Source: Alkalispirochaeta sp. (lineage in GTDB: Bacteria; Spirochaetota; Spirochaetia; DSM-27196; Alkalispirochaetaceae). Taken from it: DNA of 64,000 bases. Shown here piece after piece: positions 1-9,834 of the stretch. Position numbers and translations under genes: made by a program. Position 1 is the first letter of the stretch; each line of letters begins with the position of its first letter. The DNA lies in assembly GCA_965601925.1 (NCBI GenBank), contig OZ271854.1, positions 2,784,001 to 2,848,000 on the forward strand, read 5' to 3'. The notes below the pieces were generated by a model, which was not told where the DNA came from, searched no databases, and saw only the letters and a program-made list of their open reading frames with translations.

Positions 1-633
1 GCGACGGTCGGACGGACCATCACGCCGGTCTTTACTCCCATGGGAATCGAGGAGGATAACTGGCCGGCCACGGTGGGGCTGTTCACGGGTCTCTTTGCCA
101 AAGAGGCGGTAGTCGGCACCTTGAACTCGCTCTACAGTCAGAACGAGATTCCCGACGAGGGAGGAGAGGAGGGATTCGAGCTGGGCGCCGGCGTCGCCGA
201 AGCGTTCGCCACCATCCCGGATAATCTCGCGGGCGTAGGCGGGAGCCTCGTCGATCCCCTCGGCGTAGGAATCATCACCGGCGACGAGGAGGCGGTCGCC
301 GAGGAGCTGGAGGCCGACAGCGCCGTCTTCCGACGGATGCGCGAACAGTTCACCGCCTCCGGCGCCTACGCGTATCTCCTATTCGTGCTGATCTACTTTC
401 CGTGTGTCGCCGCCCTCGGCGCCGCGGTACGCGAGATGGGCAGAGGGTACGGATGGTTGTTAGCCGGGTATCTCACGGTGTTGGCGTGGGTCGTCGCAAC
501 GCTCTTTTATCAGTTGACGACCGGTCCCGCCGCCGGCGCCGTCGTTCTCGCCCTCGCTCTGGCCGCCGGGATCGGTCTCGTGTTCGCCGTGATCGGCGCG
601 CGACGAAACAAATCGACCGCCGCCGCTTCGTAG
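1..633 (+). CDS. feoB: Ferrous iron transport protein B, C-terminal part (5' truncated by window edge)
   Basis: Open frame from base 1; FeoB gate motifs 'ITPVFTPMGI..NWPATVGLFTGLFAKEAVVGTLNSLY' and 'LLFVLIYFPCVAALGA'. Confidence 0.93.
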   Translation, partial: ATVGRTITPVFTPMGIEEDNWPATVGLFTGLFAKEAVVGTLNSLYSQNEIPDEGGEEGFELGAGVAEAFATIPDNLAGVGGSLVDPLGVGIITGDEEAVAEELEADSAVFRRMREQFTASGAYAYLLFVLIYFPCVAALGAAVREMGRGYGWLLAGYLTVLAWVVATLFYQLTTGPAAGAVVLALALAAGIGLVFAVIGARRNKSTAAAS

Positions 634-640
634 GTGCGCC

Positions 641-949
641 GTGATCGTTTTGGACGTGAAGCGGGGGCTCAAGCGCCTGCGCTCCGTGACGCTCTCTCAA
701 CTCGCCGCGGAGCTGGGAGAGCCGTCTTCCGTTGTGGAGGCGGCACTCTCTTTCTGGGAGTCGAAGGGGTGTGTGCGTCGTAGGCCGGCGGTGTACGGTC
801 AATGCGCTCCCATTACGTGTGCGAGCTGTCCCCTCACCTCAACGTGCGGCGGCGAGGTCGACTCGCACGCCGATGAGTACGTTGAGTGGATCGATGACGT
901 TGCGCGGCGTCGAGATCGGACTCCGACGGCGAGTCTTCCGGTCCGGTAG
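641..949 (+). CDS. feoC: FeoC-like winged-helix protein
   Basis: Directly after feoB; wHTH-like 'VTLSQLAAELG..VEAALSFWESKG' followed by Cys cluster C-x4-C-x2-C-x5-C. Confidence 0.75.
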   Translation: MIVLDVKRGLKRLRSVTLSQLAAELGEPSSVVEAALSFWESKGCVRRRPAVYGQCAPITCASCPLTSTCGGEVDSHADEYVEWIDDVARRRDRTPTASLPVR

Positions 950-1131
950 GGGCCGCGTCTCATCTCCCGGCCCGACGAACGGCCGCGCCATCCCCACCCC
1001 GAAAGACGGGACGCGTCGTAAGCACGTCACCCGAACGACCGAGTGATCCGTTCCGAGACTCCGGCGTCTCGCCTCGCGCTCATGTGGTGCGCTACACTCC
1101 CGCTCAAGAGATCAACGCGCACGGAGGCGAT

Positions 1132-1890
1132 ATGGGCGGAACGATACTGAATGTGGCGACGGTCGCCGTGGGAAGCACACTGGGTGTCTTTATCGGGAAT
1201 CGTCTCAGCGTCCGCGTACGGGAGTCGATCGTTACGGCATTGGGGCTGATAACGCTCTTCTTCGGTATCCAAAACGCCGTCCAAACCGGAAACCCCATCG
1301 TGACCCTTCTGAGTGTCGTGGTCGGGGTGTTGATCGGCGAATGGTTGCGGATCGACGTAGGACTGGAGGCGCTGGGCGGATGGTTTCAGCGGCGCATCGG
1401 GAGCGAAGGGGAGCCGACGACGGAGCGGGAAGAACTCCACGGGGACTCCGGAAGGCGACGCTTTGTGAACGGGTTTGTGACCGCCAGCCTCGTCTTTTGC
1501 GTAGGACCGTTGACCTTTTTGGGCGCCCTCTACGACGGAATGGGACTGCCCGCCGGGTTCCAAATGTTGGCGGTCAAGTCCACGCTGGACGGATTTGCGG
1601 CGTTGGCCTTTGCCGCGAGTTTCGGCGTCGGCGTCGCGGCGAGCGTCGTCACGATTTTCTTGCTCCAGGGTGGGTTGGCGCTTGTCGGTTCGGTGGCCGG
1701 AGCGGTGATGAGCGACGCGATGCTCAACGAGACGACGGCCGTAGGCGGGATACTGCTCATGGGGCTCTCGCTGGTCCTGTTGGACATAAAGCGCCCGCGG
1801 ATAGCAAACTTCCTTCCCGCACTCGTCGTTGCACCCGCGATCGTCGCCCTCGCCGCCGCGCTGGGGATCGATATCTACCCGACGTTGTAA
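1132..1890 (+). CDS. DUF554 family membrane protein
   Basis: 'GTILNVATVAVGS', 'GFVTASLVFCVGPLT', 'KSTLDG', 'RIANFLPAL'; GGAGG RBS before ATG 1132. Confidence 0.88.
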   Translation: MGGTILNVATVAVGSTLGVFIGNRLSVRVRESIVTALGLITLFFGIQNAVQTGNPIVTLLSVVVGVLIGEWLRIDVGLEALGGWFQRRIGSEGEPTTEREELHGDSGRRRFVNGFVTASLVFCVGPLTFLGALYDGMGLPAGFQMLAVKSTLDGFAALAFAASFGVGVAASVVTIFLLQGGLALVGSVAGAVMSDAMLNETTAVGGILLMGLSLVLLDIKRPRIANFLPALVVAPAIVALAAALGIDIYPTL

Positions 1891-2015
1891 TGCGCCTCAC
1901 GCCCGGGGCTCCGCAGAGGCGAAAGCGTGCGGTGCGTTGGTGGCGGTGCCGCCGGCCGAGGTCTTGTCGACCGGGCGGCATCGGGAAGCGGTGCACGCCG
2001 ACAGGTCGGGCCGTG

Positions 2016-2993
2016 CTAAACCAATGTCCCCCCGACGGCGGTACCAGGCGCCGCAAACTCCTCGATGGCGTCGAGCTCTTCCCGACTGAGTGCCACATCG
2101 AGCGCACCGGCGTTCTCATCGATGCGCGACGCTTTTCGCGTACCGGGGATGGGGAAGATATCGTCTCCCTGGTGGAGTAGCCACGCCAACGCCAACTGTG
2201 CCGACGTGATGCCCTTGCTCTCCGCGATGCGGCTCAACGGGGCAAAGCGGTCCCGGTTCACGGATAGGTTTTTGTCGGAGTAGCGCGGGTTGTTGTTCCG
2301 AAAATCATCTTTGTCCAGGCTTTTTACCGTTCCGGTGAGAAACCCGCTTCCAAGGGGCGACCACGGAACCAGAGCGATCCCGAGCTCCCTCAGGACCGGC
2401 AGAAGGTCCCGTTCCACCTCTCGACGCCATAGGCTGTACTCGTATTGCACCGCCGCGATGGGATGTACGGCGTGGGCGCGGCGAACCTCATCGGCGGTGA
2501 CGTTGCTCAAGCCCAAGGCGCGGGCTTTGCCGGCGGTCACCTGCTCCGCCATCGCGCCGACCGTCTCCTCTACCGGCACGGCGGGATCGAGATAGTGGGC
2601 GTACCACAAGTCGACCGAATCTGAGCCGAGGCGCCGCAGGCTCGCGTCCATGGCGCGGGCGACGTAATCCGGACGACCGCTGATATTGAGCGAGTATCCC
2701 CAGCCGGTCGGGAGCTCCGAGGATCTCTCGCCGTCCTTAAAGACAATGCCGAACTTCGTGGCGACCGTCGCCTTGCGTCCCGCCTCTTTCGCGGCCCGGG
2801 CGACCAACGCTTCGTTATGACCGTTACCGTAGGCGTCGGCCGTATCGATCATCATGCCCTTTTCGATCGCGTGCACCAAGGTTGCGACGGCCGCCTCTTC
2901 GTCCGCGCCGCCGTAGTACCCTTCGAGCACCATGGCTCCATACCCCATTCGGGAAACCGCCACGTCACTATGTCCAAGTCTTCTTGTTTGCAT
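2016..2993 (-). CDS. Aldo/keto reductase
   Basis: 'IDTADAYGNGHNE', 'ATKFG', 'LGLSN', 'VQYEYSLW', 'VPWSPLGSG', 'PIPGT'. Confidence 0.93.
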   Translation of the reverse strand: MQTRRLGHSDVAVSRMGYGAMVLEGYYGGADEEAAVATLVHAIEKGMMIDTADAYGNGHNEALVARAAKEAGRKATVATKFGIVFKDGERSSELPTGWGYSLNISGRPDYVARAMDASLRRLGSDSVDLWYAHYLDPAVPVEETVGAMAEQVTAGKARALGLSNVTADEVRRAHAVHPIAAVQYEYSLWRREVERDLLPVLRELGIALVPWSPLGSGFLTGTVKSLDKDDFRNNNPRYSDKNLSVNRDRFAPLSRIAESKGITSAQLALAWLLHQGDDIFPIPGTRKASRIDENAGALDVALSREELDAIEEFAAPGTAVGGTLV

Positions 2994-3094
2994 ATCCTCG
3001 TTACTCCTTTCGGACTTCAATGTAGGAAAAGTACACGCGAGAGGGAGAGAATAATTGAAGAAACTTGCTCCATGGCAGGATATTATTGCTCACC

Positions 3095-4006
3095 ATGAGG
3101 ACGGTTATTGAGTATATCGACGCCGAGACGGGCGGCCCGTCGCACTGTGGAGAAGCCTTGGACATCACCGTATCGAGCCGGGACCTCGGCTGGGACGGTG
3201 TTCTCGTGGAGAAGGGGAGCTCCCCCCATTTCTACCCGGAAAACGTACGGACTCCGTACTTCTATTTCGCCCTCGCCCTGGAAGCGGACCTGAAGTGGAA
3301 GGCTCGGCACGGCGACGAGTTTGTCGACCTCCTCACCCACCCCGACGAGATTTGGATCAATCCGCCCGGTACGCCGTTCAGCCACCGCATCGACGAACCT
3401 TGCCGGTTCACCATCGTCGCCGTCGACGAGCCGGCCATGTACCGCTCGTTCTCCGGCGCGGTACAGGACGGGAGCCTCGATTTTCTCAATAACTACAACA
3501 TCGTCGACCCGACGCTCCGCAACATCATCGAGACGCTCGGCTTCGAAGCCGAGTCGGGTGGTCGGAACGGCCCGGCCTTCGTCGATGGTCTGTTGAGAGT
3601 CTTCGCCGAACACTTCATACGGAACTACTCCAATCTGGACGATGTACGGGGATCGAGCAAAGGATCGGGCGGTCTATCCGAGAGCGATTTGGTGAAGATC
3701 GACGCCTTTTTTGACGAGCACGTGGACGAATCCCTTTCCCTCGACGCAGCGGCTTCATTGGTGAACATGAGCCTCTTCCACTTCTTGAGAGAGTTCAAAA
3801 AGAGCCGCGGAATCACACCCCATCAATATCTCATCCGTCGGAAGGTCGAACGGGCCCGGACCCTCTTGCGGAAGCGTGACCTCTCCATACAACAGGTGGC
3901 CTATAGCCTGGGATTCAGCGACCAGAGCCATTTTTCCAGGACCTTTCGGAAGATTGTCGGGACGAGTCCGCGGGAGTTCCGTAAGCGGGCCGGCGCCCTC
4001 GGCTGA
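3095..4006 (+). CDS. AraC family transcriptional regulator
   Basis: C-terminal double HTH 'MSLFHFLREFK..GITPHQY..VAYSLGFSDQSHFSRTFRK'; divergent from the aldo/keto reductase. Confidence 0.92.
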   Translation: MRTVIEYIDAETGGPSHCGEALDITVSSRDLGWDGVLVEKGSSPHFYPENVRTPYFYFALALEADLKWKARHGDEFVDLLTHPDEIWINPPGTPFSHRIDEPCRFTIVAVDEPAMYRSFSGAVQDGSLDFLNNYNIVDPTLRNIIETLGFEAESGGRNGPAFVDGLLRVFAEHFIRNYSNLDDVRGSSKGSGGLSESDLVKIDAFFDEHVDESLSLDAAASLVNMSLFHFLREFKKSRGITPHQYLIRRKVERARTLLRKRDLSIQQVAYSLGFSDQSHFSRTFRKIVGTSPREFRKRAGALG

Positions 4007-4045
4007 GGGCGGTGACCGTCGGTCGCGAAGGATCGTATGAGAGTG

Positions 4046-4675
4046 TCACGGTTCGATGTATCGGAGATACCCCGAACAGCACCGTGTTATCTCCTCGACA
4101 CATGTCCGTATGGAACGTCCGGGCGGTGGACGCAGTACCACGTCTCGAACCAGTGCGTCCAGGGCTCGCACCAGAACGATCGCCGTGAGTTCGCGATCGC
4201 CGCCGGTCGTATCGAGGCGGTGAAGGTGGTGGACAATCTCACCGGCGATGCGTCGGTAGAGACGATCGAACACCGCCCGGAGCTCATCGGTCCGAGGCGC
4301 CTCTCGATAGAGAACACGGTAGAGTGACGACGCTCGATCATGTGCCGCAACGTACGCGTCTACCAGGCATTCTACGAGGTGCGCAGGATTCGGCCGCGTT
4401 CCCCGTAGCCGGCGAGCGACCGCTTCCACCTTGGCCGCGGCGCTCCGGAGGTGCTTTTCGGCGAGCACGAGTAGGATTGCGTCCTTGTTGGGAAAGTACT
4501 GATAGAGCGTGCCGATCGATACACCGGCGCGATCGGCGATCTTGTTTGTCGTCGTAGCGGCGTAACCCAGCGCCCCGAAAACCTGAGTGGCCGCTTCCAG
4601 GATGTACTCGATCTTCTCACGCGAGCGGTCTTGCTGCGCATGTTTTCGAGGTTTAACGCCGTCTCGTCGGCTCAC
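4046..4675 (-). CDS. TetR/AcrR family transcriptional regulator
   Basis: 'PRKHAQQDRSRE..TTNKIADRAGVSIGTLYQYFPNKDAIL'; GTG start at 4675 after AAGGGGG. Confidence 0.9.
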   Translation of the reverse strand: MSRRDGVKPRKHAQQDRSREKIEYILEAATQVFGALGYAATTTNKIADRAGVSIGTLYQYFPNKDAILLVLAEKHLRSAAAKVEAVARRLRGTRPNPAHLVECLVDAYVAAHDRASSLYRVLYREAPRTDELRAVFDRLYRRIAGEIVHHLHRLDTTGGDRELTAIVLVRALDALVRDVVLRPPPGRSIRTCVEEITRCCSGYLRYIEP

Positions 4676-4928
4676 ATATGCCCCCTTTTGAAATGCGAGT
4701 GTCGATATATGAATAATACTCACATCATCACGCCGAAAGATCAACCGCTGGCGAACGACGAGACGACCGAACATGGAGAGCCCGCCGGTAACCGGGACCG
4801 GCGCAGCGATTACCACCGACGGCCGTCGGCCCGCGGCGACGTCGTGCGGTCTGTCGGTGTGCCGGGCCGCGTGGATGTGCACCCGCACCCTTTGTGTTCA
4901 CGACACCAGTCTGGTACGGTTGGACGTA

Positions 4929-5408
4929 ATGAACATATCAAAGCGGATAGTCGACTTCGTGTACGGAACGCAGCGCGTCCGACGAGCGTACGAGGAGCAC
5001 CATCCCGACGAAACGGTCGTGGCGTCGGACGCCTCCAAGGGTATGCGAGCCGGCGAAGACAAGGTCGTACGGCGCGGCGTGAACTGGGTAGCGTCCCAAC
5101 GCGCCGTACTACTATTGACCGACAAGCAGATTGTCTGCGGAAAGTGGAACATTCCTCTCAATACGGTGGTACGTGCACAGCTTGTGGGCGTGAGAACGCT
5201 TTTGGGATCCGCCCACATACTCAAGATAGTAACGATCGATCAGGGTTACTTTCAGTTCGGGATGCAGAGGAACGTCGAATGGGTCGAGCAGGACGCGCTT
5301 CCGGTAACGCGGGCGGAGGGGGCACTCAGATACTCGCCGCTTAGTCTCATCGTAAGAATCGGCCTGATCGGATATGTCGTGTACCGACTGATCCTGCGGT
5401 TCGTATAG
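4929..5408 (+). CDS. Hypothetical protein (possible bacterial PH-like fold, C-terminal TM helix)
   Basis: Protein-like composition from ATG 4929; 'LLLTDKQIV..IPLNTV' pattern; hydrophobic C-terminus. Confidence 0.6.
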   Translation: MNISKRIVDFVYGTQRVRRAYEEHHPDETVVASDASKGMRAGEDKVVRRGVNWVASQRAVLLLTDKQIVCGKWNIPLNTVVRAQLVGVRTLLGSAHILKIVTIDQGYFQFGMQRNVEWVEQDALPVTRAEGALRYSPLSLIVRIGLIGYVVYRLILRFV

Positions 5409-5426
5409 CGGCGTTACCGCCGGACG

Positions 5427-6161
5427 TCACGGCTCAGTGACCGGCAGTCCGGCGCGGCGAAACGCTTCGTACGCCGTGTACACTTCGTCTTTGCGCGGAG
5501 GAGCGATGTTTTCCAGAGGATAGCGTCGTCCCAACGCTTCCCATTTGTGGCGGCCCAGCTCGTGGTAAGGGAGGAGGTCGACGCGCTCAACAGACCGCAG
5601 GGTGGCGACAAACTCCGCGGTGGCGCGCAGTGCGTCGGCCTTCAATGTGATCGTCGGCACGAGTACGTGGCGAACCCAGAGCGTCGCCGATGATGCATCG
5701 ACAAAGCGCGCGAAGCGCTCTATCCGCTCGAACGAGACGCCGGTCAGTCTTCGGTGCGCCTCTTCCTCGACATGTTTGATATCGAGGAGGACGAGATCGG
5801 TCTCCTCGATCACTCGACGTACCGAATCGGAGAGTTCGGCGAAACCCGACGTATCGAGGGCCGTGTGGATTCCGCGACTCCGGGCGCGTGAAAAGAGTTT
5901 ACCGACAAAATCGCTCTGGCCGAGAGGCTCGCCGCCGGTACACGTGAGGCCGCCGCCGGATGCGTCGAGAAATGAACGATACCTCGCCACGTCGTGGAGG
6001 ATCTCGTCCACGCTCGTCTCCGTCCCGGCGCGACGACGCCACGTATCGGGGTTGTGACAAAAGAGGCAACGCAGGGGACATCCCTGAAGGAAGACTACGT
6101 AACGCAGGCCGGGGCCTTCCAGAGTTCCCATCGTTTCGATGGAGTGAATGTGTCCGTTCAT
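5427..6161 (-). CDS. pflA: Pyruvate formate-lyase activating enzyme (radical SAM)
   Basis: 'GPGLRYVVFLQGCPLRCLFCHNPDTW' (CxxxCxxC), 'GGEP', 'HTALDTSG'; downstream of pflB. Confidence 0.96.
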   Translation of the reverse strand: MNGHIHSIETMGTLEGPGLRYVVFLQGCPLRCLFCHNPDTWRRRAGTETSVDEILHDVARYRSFLDASGGGLTCTGGEPLGQSDFVGKLFSRARSRGIHTALDTSGFAELSDSVRRVIEETDLVLLDIKHVEEEAHRRLTGVSFERIERFARFVDASSATLWVRHVLVPTITLKADALRATAEFVATLRSVERVDLLPYHELGRHKWEALGRRYPLENIAPPRKDEVYTAYEAFRRAGLPVTEP

Positions 6162-6197
6162 GGTGTTCGTTCCGGTGCCGGGCGTGGAACGGCGACC

Positions 6198-6215
6198 GGA
6201 GCGGTTCGCCGCTCC
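6198..6215. other. Intergenic hairpin between pflB and pflA
   Basis: GGAGCGG-TTCG-CCGCTCC, 7-bp stem with tetraloop and no U-tract; possible mRNA-stabilising element. Confidence 0.5.
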
Positions 6216-6238
6216 GCGCCGCCCGACGCGCCGTTCAA

Positions 6239-8500
6239 CTACAACCGCTCGTGGAAGGTCCGGTTAATGACGTCCAACTGCTGTTCACGCGTCAGCTTCA
6301 CGAAGTGGACCGCATAGCCGGATACGCGGATCGTCAGATCGGGATACTCTTCCGGATGCTGCATCGCGTCCAAGAGCGTCTCGCGGCTCAGCACGTTGAC
6401 GTTGACGTGGTGGCCGTTCTGCGCGAAGTATCCGTCGAGCATCGCCTGCAGGTTGTTCATCCGCTCCTCACTCCGCATCCCGAGCGACCCGGGCTCGATA
6501 CTGAATGTGTAGGAGATACCGTCCTGAGCAAACTCGTAGGGTAGCTTCGCTACACTCGCCAACGAGGCGAGCGCTCCCTTCTCGTCGCGCCCGTGCATCG
6601 GGTTGGCGCCCGGCGCGAACGGTTCGCCGCCGCGGCGACCGTCGGGGGTGTTGCCGGTCTTCTTGCCGTACACCACGTTGGAGGTGATGGTGAGGATCGA
6701 TTGTGTCGGCGTCGCGCCCCGATAGGTGGGATTCTTGGCGATCTTACGCATGAAGCGCTCCACCAGGTCTGCGGCGATGGCGTCGACGCGGTCGTCGTTA
6801 TTACCGAAGGCGGGGAAGCTTCCGGAGACTTCGAAGTCGACGACCGTGCCCGACTCGTCGCGTATCGGGCTCACCGTAGCGTATTTGATCGCCGAGAGCG
6901 AGTCCGCGCACACCGACAGTCCGGCGATACCGCACGCCATCGTACGGAGAACGTCGCGGTCGTGTAGCGCCATCTGGAGCCGCTCGTAGCTGTACTTGTC
7001 GTGCATGTAGTGGATCACGTTGAGTGTGTTGACGTACAGCCGGGCGATCCAGTCGAGGAAGAAGTCGAACTTCTTCATGACCTCTTCGTAGTCGAGGATA
7101 TCTCCTTGAATCGGCTCGAAGCGCGGGCCGACCTGAATGCCTTCGATCTCGTCGCGTCCGCCGTTGATGGCGTACAAGAGCGCTTTGGCGAGGTTGCAGC
7201 GTGCACCGAAGAACTGCATCTGCTTGCCCAGGCGCATCGCCGAAACGCAGCAGGCGATCCCGTAATCGTCGCCCCAGTAGTTGCGCATCAGATCGTCGTT
7301 CTCGTACTGGACACTGGAGGTATCGATCGATACGCGCGAGCAGAAGTTCTTGAATCCTACCGGCAAACTACGGGACCAGAGCACCGTCATGTTCGGCTCC
7401 GGAGCCGGCCCGAGGTTGTACAGGGTCTGAAGAAAGCGAAAGCTGTTCTTCGTCACCAATGTCTTGCCGTCGGTGCCCATACCGCCGATGACCTCAGTTA
7501 CCCACGTCGGATCGCCGGAGAAGAGTTGGTTATAGTCCGGAGTGCGCAAGAAACGTACCAAACGTAGCTTCATGACGAAGTGGTCGACGAGCTCTTGCGC
7601 CTCCGCCTCGGTGATCGTACCGGCCTGGAGATCGCGTTCGACGTAGATATCGAGAAAGGTGGAGACGCGGCCCAGACTCATGGCGGCGCCGTTCTGCTCT
7701 TTTACGGCGCCCAGGTAGGCGAAGTAGGTCCATTGAAACGCCTCGAGGGCACACGTCGCCGGTCGACGGACATCGAAGCCGTGGTCCGACGCCATCGCGA
7801 CCAGCTCCTTGAGCGCGTTCACCTGTTCGGCGATCTCCTCGCGGGAACGGATCGTCTCCTCGTCCAACGAGCCGACCTCCAAGCTCGCGAGCTGCTCGCG
7901 CTTATCGGCGATGAGGCGATCCACACCGTAGAGCGCGACGCGTCGGTAGTCGCCGATGATGCGTCCGCGGCCGTAGGCGTCGGGAAGGCCGGTGATGATA
8001 CCCGCCTTACGCGCCGCCTTCATCTCCGGTGTGTAGGCGTCGAACACACCGTCATTGTGCGTTTTGCGGTAATCGGCGAAGATCCGTTCGATCTGCGGAT
8101 CGAGTTCGTAGCCGTAGGCCCTGCACGCTGAAGCCACGACGCGGATTCCACCGTAGGGGAGAATCGCGCGCTTGAGGGGTGCGTCGGTCTGCAGCCCTAC
8201 GACGCGCTCGAGCTCCTTGTCGATGTAGCCCGGCTTGTGAGAGGTAATGCTGCCGATGACCGCGGTATCTACGTCCAGCGTCCCGCCCTTCGACACCTCT
8301 TCGTGCAGCGCGCGGCGGGTCTTCTCCCACAGCGTGCGCGTGGTCTTGGTCGGGCCGCGCAAGAAAGCGGCGTCACCGGTATACGATACGTAGTTCTTCT
8401 GGATGAAGTCGCGCGTATCGATGCGATCCTGCCACCACCCCGGGGCAAAATCGCGCCACGCCGTCTCGGCGGCGTTCATGGTTCGTTCTTCTATGTGCAT
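6239..8500 (-). CDS. pflB: Formate C-acetyltransferase (pyruvate formate-lyase)
   Basis: '[17 protein letters not shown]', active-site 'IACCVS', glycyl-radical motif 'TIRVSGYAV'; GAGGAG RBS before ATG 8500. Confidence 0.97.
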   Translation of the reverse strand: MHIEERTMNAAETAWRDFAPGWWQDRIDTRDFIQKNYVSYTGDAAFLRGPTKTTRTLWEKTRRALHEEVSKGGTLDVDTAVIGSITSHKPGYIDKELERVVGLQTDAPLKRAILPYGGIRVVASACRAYGYELDPQIERIFADYRKTHNDGVFDAYTPEMKAARKAGIITGLPDAYGRGRIIGDYRRVALYGVDRLIADKREQLASLEVGSLDEETIRSREEIAEQVNALKELVAMASDHGFDVRRPATCALEAFQWTYFAYLGAVKEQNGAAMSLGRVSTFLDIYVERDLQAGTITEAEAQELVDHFVMKLRLVRFLRTPDYNQLFSGDPTWVTEVIGGMGTDGKTLVTKNSFRFLQTLYNLGPAPEPNMTVLWSRSLPVGFKNFCSRVSIDTSSVQYENDDLMRNYWGDDYGIACCVSAMRLGKQMQFFGARCNLAKALLYAINGGRDEIEGIQVGPRFEPIQGDILDYEEVMKKFDFFLDWIARLYVNTLNVIHYMHDKYSYERLQMALHDRDVLRTMACGIAGLSVCADSLSAIKYATVSPIRDESGTVVDFEVSGSFPAFGNNDDRVDAIAADLVERFMRKIAKNPTYRGATPTQSILTITSNVVYGKKTGNTPDGRRGGEPFAPGANPMHGRDEKGALASLASVAKLPYEFAQDGISYTFSIEPGSLGMRSEERMNNLQAMLDGYFAQNGHHVNVNVLSRETLLDAMQHPEEYPDLTIRVSGYAVHFVKLTREQQLDVINRTFHERL

Positions 8501-8583
8501 GGAGAGACTCCTCGTATTGCGTGTAATGTGAGCCGACGGCTCGTGGACGTGCATTATTAGCTGCGACTAACTGCGGCGAGCCC

Positions 8584-8642
8584 ATCGTACGCAAACCGCG
8601 TATGAAGATCAATAGGTAAAAATTTATTGATAATTAATTATC
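8584..8642 (-). promoter_or_regulatory. pflB sigma70-like promoter with AT-rich palindromic sites
   Basis: TTGATC(8612-8607)-17-TACGAT(8589-8584); inverted repeat ATCAATA-N10-TATTGAT (8608-8631); perfect palindrome GATAATTAATTATC (8629-8642). Confidence 0.55.
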
Positions 8643-8695
8643 GTATTCTCCTTGGATAGACCGCGGAAGAGGGAGGAATCGTCGCGTCGCCGTTG

Positions 8696-9778
8696 CTACC
8701 GCGGATACGAGACGACCGGTCCGGTAACGCCGACGGCGCACGGTGCGCCATCGGTTACGGCCGTATGTGGCGACAGGCGCGCCTCAACGGTGGAGCCGTC
8801 GGGTAATCGGAGGACGATCGACTGATACGGGCCGAAGAAGCGGCGACTCTCGATGCGTGCCGCACCGTCCTCGGTAAAGCGGACCGTTAACGAGTCCGGG
8901 CGTATCAGAACGGTTACCGGTCCGTACGCGCTCGCGGCCAGCGGGAGCGCACCTAAGACGCAGTGCACCGTGTCGCCGGCGGCCTCGCCGTCGAGAAAGC
9001 TTGCGCCCCCCACGAACGTTGCGACGCGCCTCGATGCGGGGTTGAGATAGATCTCGCGCGGTGCGGCGCACTGCACCACCGCTCCGTCGAACATTACCGC
9101 CACCGTATCGGCAAGACTGAACGCTTCCTCCTGATCGTGGGTAACGAGGATCGTCGTCGTCCCGGCGCGTCTCAGGATCGCCGCCACCTCGGCGCGTGTG
9201 CTCTCGCGTAGCGCAGCATCAAGGTTGGAAAAGGGCTCGTCGAGGAGCACCACCGCCGGGTTGGCCGCCAACGCACGGGCGAGGGCTACGCGTTGTTGTT
9301 GTCCTCCCGAGAGTTGGTGCGGGTAACGGCGGGCGAGACCCCCCATACCCACCAACTCCGTCAGCTCATGGATACGGCGGCGGCGGCGCGCCGTATCCTC
9401 CCGGCGAAGCGCGAACGCGATATTCTCTCCCACCGTCAAATGGGGAAAGAGCGCGTAGTCCTGAAACACCATGCCGACGCGTCGGTCCTCCGGCGAGACC
9501 CACCGGCGTTCATCGGCGACGCACGCGCCGGCGAGATGTATTGAGCCGGTATCGGGCGTCTCTAAGCCTGCAAGCAATCGCAACGTGGTGGATTTTCCGC
9601 AGCCGCTGGGACCGAGGAGCGACAAGAACCGTCCCGGCTCCACGGTGAGCGAGAGGTTATCGACGGCGACCGAGTCGCGGCCGAACCGTTTGGTGACGCC
9701 GTTGAGCGCGATGATGGGTGTGCCTTCGACTCCGTAAGAGCGAACAACCAATGGAAGCGTTTCTGCCTGAATGTTCAT
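8696..9778 (-). CDS. ABC transporter ATP-binding protein, Fe3+ (FbpC/PotA-like)
   Basis: Walker A 'GPSGCGKS', 'VFQDYALFPHL', signature 'LSGGQQQRV', Walker B 'LLDEPF', TOBE-like tail. Confidence 0.92.
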   Translation of the reverse strand: MNIQAETLPLVVRSYGVEGTPIIALNGVTKRFGRDSVAVDNLSLTVEPGRFLSLLGPSGCGKSTTLRLLAGLETPDTGSIHLAGACVADERRWVSPEDRRVGMVFQDYALFPHLTVGENIAFALRREDTARRRRRIHELTELVGMGGLARRYPHQLSGGQQQRVALARALAANPAVVLLDEPFSNLDAALRESTRAEVAAILRRAGTTTILVTHDQEEAFSLADTVAVMFDGAVVQCAAPREIYLNPASRRVATFVGGASFLDGEAAGDTVHCVLGALPLAASAYGPVTVLIRPDSLTVRFTEDGAARIESRRFFGPYQSIVLRLPDGSTVEARLSPHTAVTDGAPCAVGVTGPVVSYPR

Positions 9779-9834
9779 ATCGTTCCTACTATCTCCTCAG
9801 TTTTATGGGGCGGTATCCCGACGCCCGCAAACGC

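Noticed and set aside
4693..4928. Separate TetR target gene after the imperfect IR ATGCGAGT-N17-ACTCACAT (4693-4725)
   Set aside because: No convincing coding sequence between the IR and 4929; it may be an autoregulatory site, but support is too thin to call.
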